From contig CBFDEM010000020.1 of the NCBI GenBank assembly GCA_965603825.1, positions 62,001 to 126,000 of the forward strand: DNA of 64,000 nucleotides, in the 5' to 3' direction. Shown here piece after piece: positions 12,867 through 23,968 of this stretch. This stretch comes from Blepharisma stoltei ATCC 30299. Its lineage: Eukaryota > Protista > Ciliophora. Position 1 is the stretch's first letter, and every line of letters begins with the position of its first letter. The notes beneath the pieces are model-generated. The model did no database searches and was not told where the DNA came from. It worked only from the letters and a program-made list of their open reading frames with translations. Position numbers and translations under genes: made by a program.

Positions 12867-15800
12867 ATGCACAGTCCATCCGTATTAGAAACAATTGAGC
12901 CAAATCTTCCTTCCGAATCCTCTGAGCCAGAATCTCTCTCTGACAATTGTGGGTCCTCAAAACTGACAAAACTTGGCCAAAAGCCAAGTTTGGATGACCT
13001 CAGATCATATCAAGACAGCATTATCAAGCGTATCAAATACCTTCGAAAAATCTATGGTCGCAAGCTACATCATATAGCTGAATATGAGCGCCCAAGAACA
13101 CATAGAGATCATCTTCTGGGCGAAATGGAATGAATGGCCGAAGATTTTGATAGAGAAAGAAAGCTAAAAATCGCGTCTGCCAAGAAGCTAGTAAGAGCTT
13201 CATTGGGAATCATAAAGCAAAAACAAGAACAAGCCCAAAAAGTCTCTGAAGAAGAGCTTGCAATGAAAAAAAAACTTGCCAATAGGGTCTCTAAAATGAT
13301 TACTAAGTATTGAAGCGCTGTTGTTAAAATAGCTTGTCATATAAGGTCGTTACAAGAGGAAGAGAAAAAACAAAACTTAAGGAATAGGAGGTTAGATAAA
13401 CTTGTGGATAAACAGCTGGAATTGTCAAATAAAGTTGCGAAGAAGCTGCATCAGGGAAATGGGCCTGTTGTGATACAGCTGAAATGAGAAAATGAACAGT
13501 GAAGGGCATGGGAAGACAAAGATGAGGTACAAAATGTAGCTGAAATGGCAAGCCTGATGCAGCCGAAAGGAATTACATTAGCAACCTCAAAGGTGTTTAC
13601 AAAGCTGCCGTTTTTAATAAGAGGACGGCTAAGAGAATACCAGCATATTGGCCTTGACTGGCTTGTTACCTTACACGATAAGAAGCTGAATGGGATTTTA
13701 GCTGACGAAATGGGTCTTGGCAAAACAATCCAAACTATTGCTCTGCTTTCTTATTTGGCCTGCGAAAGAGGGGTTTGGGGTCCACATTTAATAGTAGTCC
13801 CGACCAGTATTGTGATGAACTGAGAAATGGAGCTAAAAAGATGGTGCCCAGCACTCAAAGTCCTCACATACTTCGGGACTCAAAAAGAAAGGAAACTTAA
13901 GCGCCAAGGATGATCCAAGCCCAATTCTTTTCACGTTTGCATTACTTCATATAAGCTAGTCGTCCAAGACCATTTTGCATTTAAAAGGAAACAATGGTAT
14001 TATTTGATTCTTGACGAAGCTCAGCATATAAAGAATTTTCACTCCCAAAGATGGCAAATATTACTGAAATTTAATTCACAGAGAAGACTTTTGCTTACAG
14101 GAACTCCATTGCAGAATGATGTGATGGAGCTATGAAGCTTGTTGCATTTTTTAATGCCTGATTTATTTACATCCCATGAAGATTTCTATGCATGATTTTC
14201 AAGCCCATTTCACAGCGCAATCAGTAATAATACTGATTTTTCGCTTACAGTCATTCAAAGACTTCACTCAATTCTCCGACCTTTTTTATTGAGAAGAATG
14301 AAAAAAGATGTAGAAACGCAGCTTCCTGATAAAATACACCATATCATTTTTTGCCCATTATCAAGAAGGCAGCAATACCTTTATGATGAATTTCTAGAAA
14401 GAAGATATGTACAAGTCTCTGGAGACTGTGTAAGCTTAATGAATGTATTAATGCAACTACGAAAAGTATGCAACCATCCTGACCTTTTTGAGCCAAGGGA
14501 TGTAAAAGCTCCTTTCCAAAGTGTCCAATTACGAATTAAAATGCACCCTATGTTTTTAATTAATGATGAAAAAATCTACCCATGGGTAGGATTTGCAGAT
14601 AGAGAAAAAAACAGCAAAATTAACGCTATAGAAATCAGTTATTTAGCAAATTTAAGATGAAAATTAGGGATTACGATGGTTCCTGAACTGAAAATTGGAA
14701 TAAAAATCCCTGCAGCTCCATCAGCAGTCCCTTATAATAAGAAAAAAACTGATATTGTGCCTATATATGGAGCTGCTTTGCATGATTTATTAAAAATTGA
14801 AAAATTGAAAAATTACAGAGGATATTCAGCAAATCTTAATAAGGTGTATAAAGGAAATAAATATAAAAGAAGGGCAATAAAAGGAAGCTATATCAAAATT
14901 ATTAATCCAAGATGAGCAAAAATTTTGATTTCTTCTCTTGAGGACAGATTAAAAAGCCTCTCAGAAACCATGATAAGATATCAAGTGATTCAGCCTAAAG
15001 TTTCAAATCCTTCACCAATACTGGATTTAGCCAAAAATTGCCAGGTTTCTGATAATTTAATCGCTCAAGAGCAATATCTTCAATATAAAATTTTCCCAAA
15101 AATCGCAATCCTGCACTATTTAATTACCAGACAGCAGCTTTTATTCCCTGACCGCCAATCAATCGAGCATGACTGTGGAAAACTGCGAAAACTCTCAGCA
15201 TTGCTCCACAAGCTCAGCCAAGAAAATCATAAATGCGTGATTTTTACTCAAATGACAAAGATGCTTGATATCCTTGAAAAATTTTTAAATCTGCATGGAT
15301 ATACATATGTGAGACTTGATGGGAATACCAAAGTGGAGACACGGCAAAGGGTCATTGATATCTTCAATTTAGATCCAAGAGTTTTTTGTTTTATTTCTTC
15401 TACAAGAAGCGGTGGATTAGGAATTAACTTAACAGGAGCTGACACAGTCATATTTTACGATACCGATTGAAACCCTGCAATGGATAAACAAGCCCAAGAC
15501 CGTTGCCACAGAATCGGCCAAACCAGAAACGTCCACATATATCGTCTTATTTCTTCTTACACAATTGAAGAAAACATTCTCAAAAAATCCTTACAAAAAA
15601 GCCACCTTGACGATCTTATCATGGAAGAAGGCCAATTTACCACACAATATCTCCAGCACCAGCGGGTAAAAGTTGAAGAATTCTTTGAAAATGTCTCAGA
15701 CGAAGCCTTAGAGGAAGCCTGCAAACAAGTAGAAGACGCAGAAGACATCAAAGCTTTACGATCTGCGCAGCAAGAAGAAATCCAAGAAGAAAACGAGTTT

Positions 15801-16046
15801 GAGGACTCTTCAAAACAGTTTGAATTTATGAGCCAAGTTGACCCAGTCACTAAGCTGTGTATTGATAATTATTTAATTGAACACCCTTCTGAAGACATTG
15901 AGGAAGAAATTGAAGAAAATGAAGAAAGTGACGAAGAAAGCAGTGAAGAAGAAGATCAAGATATGGCCGTTGAGTGGGTGGATGGGGGTGAACAAATTTA
16001 TAAGGAAAGAATGGAGTTCTTGACAAGCAGATATATCGTTTATTAA
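12867..16046 (+). CDS. SWR1: SWR1/SRCAP/EP400-type SNF2 chromatin-remodelling ATPase (HSA plus split ATPase), about 1059 aa
   Basis: HSA motif [11 protein letters not shown](TGA)[63 protein letters not shown](TGA)[17 protein letters not shown]. All fragments share one frame. Confidence 0.95.
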
Positions 16047-16063
16047 AATCATTTATAAAGTTA

Positions 16064-17395
16064 TTAAATTGTTCTTAGTTTCACTACAAAGTCGAAAAGC
16101 TCTTTTTTCTTGTTAGTTTCTACTCTTGAGCCGTTCAATAGCTCTTCTGTAATAAATCCTTTGCTTTCTATTTGTTCACAGATTTTGTCTTTTAAGCCTA
16201 AATATTCGTCAGGGGTGAAGCCCATTTTATCACAAAATTCTTCTTCAACTGAGGTTAACTGCGTGGATGGGTTTATAGTTGAGTTTAATTCTGCAATTTC
16301 TGCCCCAGCAATCTGTTGGTCTCTTTCTTGCTGTGCCATTTTGTGCATGAACGGCTCTTTAAAAATGACATCATACTCTTTGCCTTTAATCGAGCTATTT
16401 CTTTTTTCATTTAAAAATTTTTTAAAATCTTCTTCAGTCGCGATCCCTAAACTTCTTGCTTCTCTCAATTCTTCTAATTTCAGCTTCAAAATATATTCTT
16501 TAGTCAGCCCCTCACATAACGCTATATGTTTATCAGGCGGCAAAAGTCTTGCAAATGGCTTCATTGACTGGTAAATGCTTTTTTCTACAGGGTTTCTGAA
16601 TTTTCGTTCATTTTTGACTTCTATAGGCCATCTTTCCATTACGAACTTTTTCCTTTCTTCACGCTCGTCTAGGACTTTATTATAGGCTTCTAGTTGTTTT
16701 AGCTTGATTTGTGTTTCTTCATATCTGTCATCGTCATAAAACTCAAGGTCTGCTAGGTATAATTCTATGTCGTTTTCCCACTCAACCTCAAAATCGCGCC
16801 GAAATGGGATATAGCCTGCAAAGTCACTGAGGGCAGGCTTTTCTAGCTCATTTCGGCGGTCTGGGATAGGCATGGGATCTCGCATGATCTCTTTGAATCT
16901 TGATAATGCATTTGATTGGGTTTGGACAATATATCCACGATCGTCTCTATAGCTGATTATTTCAATGTTTGCCATCTCTGCAGGGGATTTTTTCATGTAA
17001 ATTTGTTTGTAATGCTTTTCGCATTCCCAGCTGGATTTTTTTGTATATAAAGCTTTAGATATAGCACCCCAGTTTCCATACCCGTATTTTAGCATTGATT
17101 CTAAAAGGAGATTTTCCTCTTTTGCTGATCAGCTAGTATTGAATAAAGGGAATTTAAGGCTGTCAATTATGAAAAATTTGTGAAGCCGAGTGTGGCAGCC
17201 TTTTTCCAGGCCTTGGATGTAGCAATTGACACATATCAAGATGTTGGGGCATTCAGCACATTTTATATAGGTGGCATTTGTGATGTCTTTGAAACAAAAT
17301 TCACAAGAAAGCTGTGAAACGCCTCCTTGGTTTTTCTAAGTAATTTTTACAAGTTTTTTGAGTAGTGATTTGTAGGTAAAGGTTGAGTTGTCCAT
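16064..17395 (-). CDS. ADA2: Transcriptional adaptor ADA2 (ZZ finger, SANT, ADA boxes), one 15-nt intron
   Basis: CEFC..CAEC..CVNC ZZ finger, SANT W(TGA)SAKEE..KYGYGNW, GYIPFRRDFEVEWEND. The ATG at 17395 joins the rest of the gene after removing intron 17336-17350. Confidence 0.92.
17336..17350 (-). other. 15-nt spliceosomal intron in ADA2
   Basis: GTAAAAATTACTTAG; carries an in-frame TAG; A at position 10. Confidence 0.85.
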
Positions 17396-17615
17396 TCTAT
17401 TTTAGTTTAATATAATATTTTATATGCCTATAAGTATCATAAATTAAGAGGAATATTGGCAGATTTTTAAATAAAATAAAATATCAAGAAATTTATTATT
17501 TAATTCGACTCAACTTTTTCTACTAAATAACTATTAAAATGCAGTCTATTATTTAATTTTCCTTCATATTTACTTCCAATTTCATCTTAAACACTCTTTT
17601 TCACATCCTATTAAA

Positions 17616-18296
17616 ATGTCGTTAAAATTTAAAATGTTCCTCTACTTATTATCCCTTACCTTATCTCTCGCCCAAGACTGCCACCCTCAATGCTCCTGAA
17701 AATGTGATGATCCTCACTGTGCTGCCATCTGTTCCCCTATCTGTGAAGCACCTTCCTGCCACGTTTCATGCACCCCTCCAGAAGAGCCTCAATGTGATGT
17801 ATCCTGTGCAGCTCCAGTCTGTGACATAAAATGTCCAGAAGAGCCTTGCACATCCCAAAACTGCCCCCCATGTCATACAGACTGTAAAAACCCTGAATGT
17901 GTAACTCGCTGCAAATCTCCTGAGCCTGATTGCCAAGTGGTATGTGAAGACTTAAAATGCACCTGGGACTGTCATAAGCCAGAATGCCCTAAGCCTAAAT
18001 GTGATCTTGTATGTGAAAATCCTCATTGCTCACCGGTTTTGGAATGCTGCAAATGTAAGCCTGGGCAAGTTCCTTATACAAAGGAAACTTATTCATTATT
18101 TAATAAGGACGAGCCTGATGCAAGCTGTTGCACTTGCGGAGACCATCAGGGAATTGTCGATATGAAAATGGGAGGGGATGGGATGGAATTTCTGATAGAA
18201 AAACCAGAAGAGCCTGAAGAGGAAGAAATTGAGCTAGAAGCTGAAGAAAGTGAAGAGCCTGAACAAGTTGTGAGTATTTCAAATGAGTTTAAGTAA
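17616..18296 (+). CDS. Secreted cysteine/proline-rich repeat protein with acidic tail, about 226 aa
   Basis: Hydrophobic signal-like N-terminus (MFLYLLSLTLSLA-QD), then CHPQCSW(TGA)KCDDPHC with repeated C-x3-C-x2-P-x-C units. The start could be 17616 or 17634. Confidence 0.85.
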
Positions 18297-18753
18297 ATGT
18301 AAAAGATTTTTTAAATAGTTTTTGAGGGTTAAAGTAAAGAAATAGTTAAAAATAGCGAGCTATTATGGATTTGATAAATAAAAATATTAATATCTTAATA
18401 AATATAGTTCCTTTTAATTTTGAGATTCTATAGATATATTAGTGAATTAAAAACATTTTTTCTATAATTATTTTGCGATTATCTTAACAATCTGATATGA
18501 ATCTTTCCTTCTTCAACCAAAATTCAAAAGGATTTTTGAAATAAGCACAGTCAAAAACTCGCAGACTTACTTAAATGTTATTTATCTACGTCAATTTTAA
18601 TTTTATTTGTTTTAATTTTCAGCTTATTTTATGTAAATTTCTAAATCGCTTTTTTGTGTTTCATTTTTAAAAACTGAATAAGTTGTGATTGATCTAATCA
18701 CAGCAAAAATCCATTTAATATAAAAAATAATTTCTGTTGGCTCCTTGTAATAA

Positions 18754-19362
18754 ATGCAATCTGATGAAATAATCCATAGAGGCGCTTTCATTGAAGTCAA
18801 AGCGATTCCATTCACTATAAAAGATCACAAATGACAAGCGAAATGAGAATATGTTCAACGCAACAATCGGCCAGAATTGAGGTCTATTGACATGGTTTGT
18901 ATTATTCCCACATTTAAAGAAAATTCCAATGAAATCCTGGTCTTGACGGCTATGTATAGATGCTCGTCGGAAAAAATAATTTTGAGTTTGCCTTCAGGGT
19001 TTGTCCAAGATGGGGACTTGGTAGAAAATTCTTTAGATATTTTGTATAGGAAAACTGGATACTTAGGGAAATCTGAGGATGTCACTATTCTTGGGACCCC
19101 TACTCATTCAGACCCATGAAAAAGCAATGAAACAATTCAATATGTAAAAATCAAAATAAATCAAAGTTTAGAAGAAAATATGGGGATTAGGGAGAGAGAT
19201 GACTCTGAAATGATTAAAATAGAAACTGTGCCAGTTCACGGACTTTTGGAAAGCCTTTTCAAGCTTTGTCAAGAGAATGACTATTTGCTCGACTCAAGGC
19301 TATATACTTTGGCACTTGGGATTGAGAAAAAAAAATGTTCGAATTCAAATAAAATTAATTAG
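18754..19362 (+). CDS. Nudix-fold protein, ADP-ribose pyrophosphatase (NUDT5)-like, with a degenerate Nudix box
   Basis: One frame with three TGA=Trp. W(TGA)EYVQR, YR..ILSLPSG, SDPW(TGA)KSNE, E.IKIETVP and LDSRLYTLALG match the NUDT5 layout. Confidence 0.8.
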
Positions 19363-20746
19363 TTTATAATTAATAATCAATTGCAATCATTTTTAAAAAA
19401 ATTATTTGCAAATTGAGTTTAATATTTTTATTTTTTTGATTGACCATTTTCATTTATTTTACTTTTTGATAATTTTGTTTAATTATATATTGTGAAATTT
19501 GAGACGATAGGAATTGATTAACCAATTTATATTGGTGAAATTGCTCTTAATATAGCAAATCTAATACAAGCGTTAAATATGCAGAATGGTTTAAAAGGCC
19601 TTAATTAATATTTTTTAAAAAATCAATAAGCTATTCTCGACTTTTTTCGCTATATCTCCTTCTGACTCTCTTTTAAATCTCTTCTCTTTCTCCATCCTAT
19701 TACGAAAATCCTGAACTTTTCTTTTTGATGACATGAAGATTCTTTAACAGTAGATTTAATTCTGAATTTGTAAAAAAATTGACTTTAAATTCACTAATTG
19801 ATGCCAAGTATTTTCGGAAATGAGATTTCTAATAAATAAGTTAAATATGAAGAATTTTATTAAATTTTCAAAATGTCTGATCCTCTCCAAAATTCACTTT
19901 TCTTTGAAAGTCGGACTGCAACTGCACAAATTCGATAAAACTCAAAATGTCTTATAATCCTAAGAAGAGTGATTAAAACAAAAAATTTCAAACTTGCTGA
20001 AAAATTATCGTTTTATAGCCAAATAGCTAACAGAGCAATGATCTCAATGCCCTAATGCTCTCTGCTACTTCTTTTGAAACACTATTTTTAGGGAGCTGAT
20101 ATTTGTAAAGCTTGGAAAATTTCAAAGCCAAGCTCAGTTGAAAATTATCAATCTTTCAGCTCTATTAAATTCAGTGAAAGTCTTAGCTGTATGTAATATG
20201 AGTTTAGCTAAATAAAGAAACGCTTTTGCTAATTTTCTCTTTCCAGCAGTTTTCTTACTAGCCCAGAGAATTGAGCAAAAATTTAGCTTAATCAAGAAGC
20301 AAGAGAAAAATAGAAAGAGAAAGGAAAAATATTCTAAAAGCACTAACTACTAAAACCCCTTCTTGTTTCTAATTGGAGTCAGAAGAATTATTTTAGAATC
20401 TCTTTGAGTCTTCATGGATAAAATTAGATATAGAATTTCAAACCCAGCATCCCTTCTTAATATGCAAACACAAATTTAGCTATAAAAAATTTCATTCCTA
20501 TCTTTATGCTGTACAAAGAGTTTTATTAGATTAATTGTTTAAATAATGAAAAAATTAATTTTATATAATTAACAGGATACCCTTTAAATTATCACCTAAC
20601 GAATGACTAACCTACAAAAAATCAGAAGTTCTAGCCTCATAATCTGCTGCTTAGAGTGAACTTAAATTTAAATATGGCGTATTATAACGATTCCTTCAAA
20701 ATAATGTGCATCACTTTCATAACGTGCGTACATTTTAAACACAATT

Positions 20747-20757
20747 TGACCGTTAGG
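20747..20757 (-). promoter_or_regulatory. MSA-like MYB element CCTAACGGTCA upstream of the mitotic cyclin
   Basis: Exact match to the plant MSA consensus YCYAACGGYYA, 31 nt before the cyclin ATG. Three more TAACG cores lie within 20595-20725. Confidence 0.4.
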
Positions 20758-20788
20758 CCATAACATATAATAAATTATTTCCAATAGC

Positions 20789-21724
20789 ATGAATACTCAT
20801 TCGCTTGACCTATACTCAAACAAGGAAAACCAGATCTCCAAAAAGACTCCAAGAGTTGCAGAAAACCGGTTCAGATCCTTTGGCCATGATATTACCAATA
20901 TAACTCTTCGCCCTCTTGATATTGACAGCCAAGATTCTTTTGATCCCCAACGGCTTGGCTATTATGCTCACGATATTTTTAACTATCTTCAATCAATTGA
21001 AAAATTATATATTCCGAGAGAAGGCTATATGAGACGACAGCATGAGATTAACGAAGGAATGAGAGCAATCTTAATAGACTGGGTCATAGAAGTCCACCTG
21101 AAATTTAAGCTTCTTCCAGAAACGCTTTATTTAGCAGTCAATTTAATTGACAGATATCTAGAAATTGTGAATGTTAGCACCTCGATTTTGCAGTTAATTG
21201 GAGTTTCTGCACTTTTGATAGCTTGCAAATATGAGGAAATTTATTTTCCAGATATAAAAGATTTAGCAAAAATAACAGATGACACCTATACAAAAGCAGA
21301 AATTTTAGAAATGGAAGCGAAAATCCTCAGCACGCTGCAATATAACATTACAACGCCCAGCTCATTTAGGTTCTTAGAACGCTATTCCAGGCTATGTGAG
21401 TTTGAGGAAAAAGATTTCCATTTCGCACAGTATCTTATAGAGATGACACTTATGGAGTACAAAATGATCAAATTTTCTCCTTCTATTATAGCTATATCAG
21501 CAGTTTATTTAACAAATAAGCTGAATGATGTAAAAGATCTATTACCAAGTGCATTGATTGAGCAAACTAAATACAGCAAACAAGATTTAAAGGCTTGTAC
21601 AAAAGAACTGCAGCTATGTCTGCAAAATATCAAGCATGCTCAGCAACATGCCTTAGTGAAAAAATTTTCACTGCCAAGATTTAGTGAAGTTGCCAAGTCT
21701 GTAAACTTAGGGACTTACTTATAA
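20789..21724 (+). CDS. Mitotic (A/B-type) cyclin
   Basis: KEN box, D-box-like RSFGHDITN, cyclin box MRAILIDWVIEVHLKFKLLPETLYLAVNLIDRYL, and IACKYEEIY. Confidence 0.95.
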   Translation: MNTHSLDLYSNKENQISKKTPRVAENRFRSFGHDITNITLRPLDIDSQDSFDPQRLGYYAHDIFNYLQSIEKLYIPREGYMRRQHEINEGMRAILIDWVIEVHLKFKLLPETLYLAVNLIDRYLEIVNVSTSILQLIGVSALLIACKYEEIYFPDIKDLAKITDDTYTKAEILEMEAKILSTLQYNITTPSSFRFLERYSRLCEFEEKDFHFAQYLIEMTLMEYKMIKFSPSIIAISAVYLTNKLNDVKDLLPSALIEQTKYSKQDLKACTKELQLCLQNIKHAQQHALVKKFSLPRFSEVAKSVNLGTYL

Positions 21725-21806
21725 ATTTATTTTAAAATTATATATGAAAAGACTTTTTACTAAACTGATACTAGAATTATTATTTATTGTATAAATAAAA
21801 GCTAAT

Positions 21807-23017
21807 TTATTCATCACCCAATTTCAATCCACAATTCATGCAAAACTTAGCACTAATAGGGCAAATTGATTTACAGTTTTTACAGGGCTCTTCTCGGGCA
21901 TTTCCTTTTTCATATCTATGCAGTCTTAATGTTGATGCTTCTTTAATCAGATGTGCATTTTTCAACTGGCCATTAGTCGGATTATATTTTGGGCAAGGAG
22001 TTTCTGACAATACCCTAAACCGCTTTATTTTTGATAATTCTTTAGAGTAATCTTTAACATGTTTTTCAAGTCCTTTAGAATCAAAAATCTTTGAGCAATG
22101 AGAGCATTGGATTGGGAAAGCAAAAGAATCTTGCCTTCGAGTTTTTATTGTACATTGGCCACTTAGTTCAGGTGAATTTCTCATAACTGGAGGAATCGAA
22201 GTTTTTTTTACAGTAAATTCATTTGGAGTGTCAGCTAATGAAAAATTAAAATATCCTTGAAAATTTTCGTCTTTCAGTGGAGAAGCATCAAGAGAATTTA
22301 TTTTTTTATTATGTTTTTTTTGCCTTATTTTTATAGTCGGCAAACATAAATCAGATGGAACTCGCATTAGCTGTTTCGGCTTGTTTATAATATTTTTGCA
22401 AATTGCTATATGTCTTTCAGCTGAAACTGGTGCGAATTTTCTAAGGCAGGTTGGGCACTGTATATAGTCATCATATAAAACACTGGGTGGTTTTAGACTA
22501 TTTAAATCTTTGCCTTTTTCTCCGAAGGACTTCACCTTCCTTTCATATCCGATAGAATTTAAAAAATTTTCATGCAGTTTGAATCACTTCTTGTCGTTAA
22601 ATTTCGAGGTCAAAGTGATTTTTTTCTGGTTTTGGAGGACTTTTGAATTGTCAAAATCCAGCATAGGGAGACGTTTTCGCTTCATATCAAATTGAGGTCG
22701 TTTTATAGACGAAAATTCGCAAGCGGACTCGTGTTTTGAAATCCTGTCAGGTAAAAATTTTCTGTGGCAAAATTTACACGTGTCTCTAAGATCATTTGTT
22801 GGGGTAAAGTCAGTGAAAGTTTCTGTGCTGCCTATGGGACTTAATGAGTCTCTTCTAGTAAGTGCACAATGGTGGCTTATGTGGCCTTCATATTCGTCCT
22901 GAGATAAAAGCTGTGAGCAATTTGCACAAGACGCAACTCAATCTTCTAAGGAGCTAAGTAATTTTCTTACAATATATTTTCTGTTGAGTTAGAAGGTGCA
23001 AGTGTGGTAATCTCCAT
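21807..23017 (-). CDS. C2HC zinc-finger protein (ZC2HC1-like) with a C-terminal zinc ribbon; probable 17-nt intron
   Basis: CKFCHRKF..RISKHESAC, KKW(TGA)FKLHE, CPTCLRKF..AERHIAIC, C-terminal CKNC..AKFCMNCG. The frame is open up to 22952, and the ATG at 23017 joins it via intron 22954-22970. Confidence 0.8.
22954..22970 (-). other. Probable 17-nt intron
   Basis: GTAAGAAAATTACTTAG; same TTACTTAG 3' end as two 15-nt introns here; removal restores the frame. Confidence 0.65.
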
Positions 23018-23968
23018 TTAATATTGACAATTCATTTTATGGAGTTAAGTAATGCCAAAATGCTCCTTTAACAAATTGAAGCTGAGATAAATTTTTTTGG
23101 ATAAATAGATGAAAATAAGGAAAAAATTATTTTACTAGATAGAAGAGAGGGAAATAGGAAGAGATAGAGGAAAAATTAAATAAGAAGGAATTATGAGTTT
23201 TCAATAATTAAAATATAAATGCCTTCTGATATATTTGTCAATTATTTAAAGGTTTCATTGCATTGAGTTGAAGTTTTGTGGGAATGGCCGCTTAAAATGA
23301 TGGAAAATTTGAAAGTTGTAATGGTAAATTTAAGATTAATTTGCAAGGTAATTTCTTTGATAGGATCTAAAAGTAATTAGAATTTAGGTATTTTCTATTC
23401 AATTTTTCAAATTTTTTAAATTAGAGAAGTACCTGAATCATAATAGTAAATAAAAATAAAAAATCCAGAAACCAGACAAGAAATACACAATTAGTATAAT
23501 TTTTCATAATTTTAAAATACAATCACTAAGTTTCACAAATTTTTAATTGAATATCTTAAGTGCTTAAATACATGAAATATTCCTATTTCTTGCAAATTGC
23601 ATATACATTTTCGTTTTTAACTAATAATTTTCAAAAATCTTAATCAAATAAATAAAATTCAAAAATTCTAAAAAGATTTAACTCTCAATATTTAATAACT
23701 ACATAAAGGAATAATTAAGTTTCAAATAGAAATTATTTTAATTAAAGCCTTTAAGTAATAATTCAGCTTTATTAAATTTAAAATGGAGAAAATTGATTCA
23801 AAAACTTCGAAGCTATGAATTTAAAATATATTATAAAATTATCTACAAGAATTCATATCATTAAAGCATAACCCACCATAAGTATTATTTCCTAATATAA
23901 AGCCATGGTTTTTGCAATATATATATTTTCCAATTAATAAAAATTATTTCACTCTCTTATAATAAAAA

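Noticed and set aside
13131-15470. Selenocysteine or programmed readthrough as the explanation for in-frame TGA
   Set aside because: TGA occurs in most genes at Trp positions, not at redox Cys positions.
12867-17395. SWR1 next to ADA2 as a chromatin gene cluster
   Set aside because: Two adjacent genes among unrelated neighbours is compatible with chance.
19630-20520. Coding-like intergenic stretch with short ORFs and a GTAATATGAGTTTAG 15-mer
   Set aside because: No frame, spliced or not, gives a continuous or recognisable protein. It may be a relic but is unsupported.
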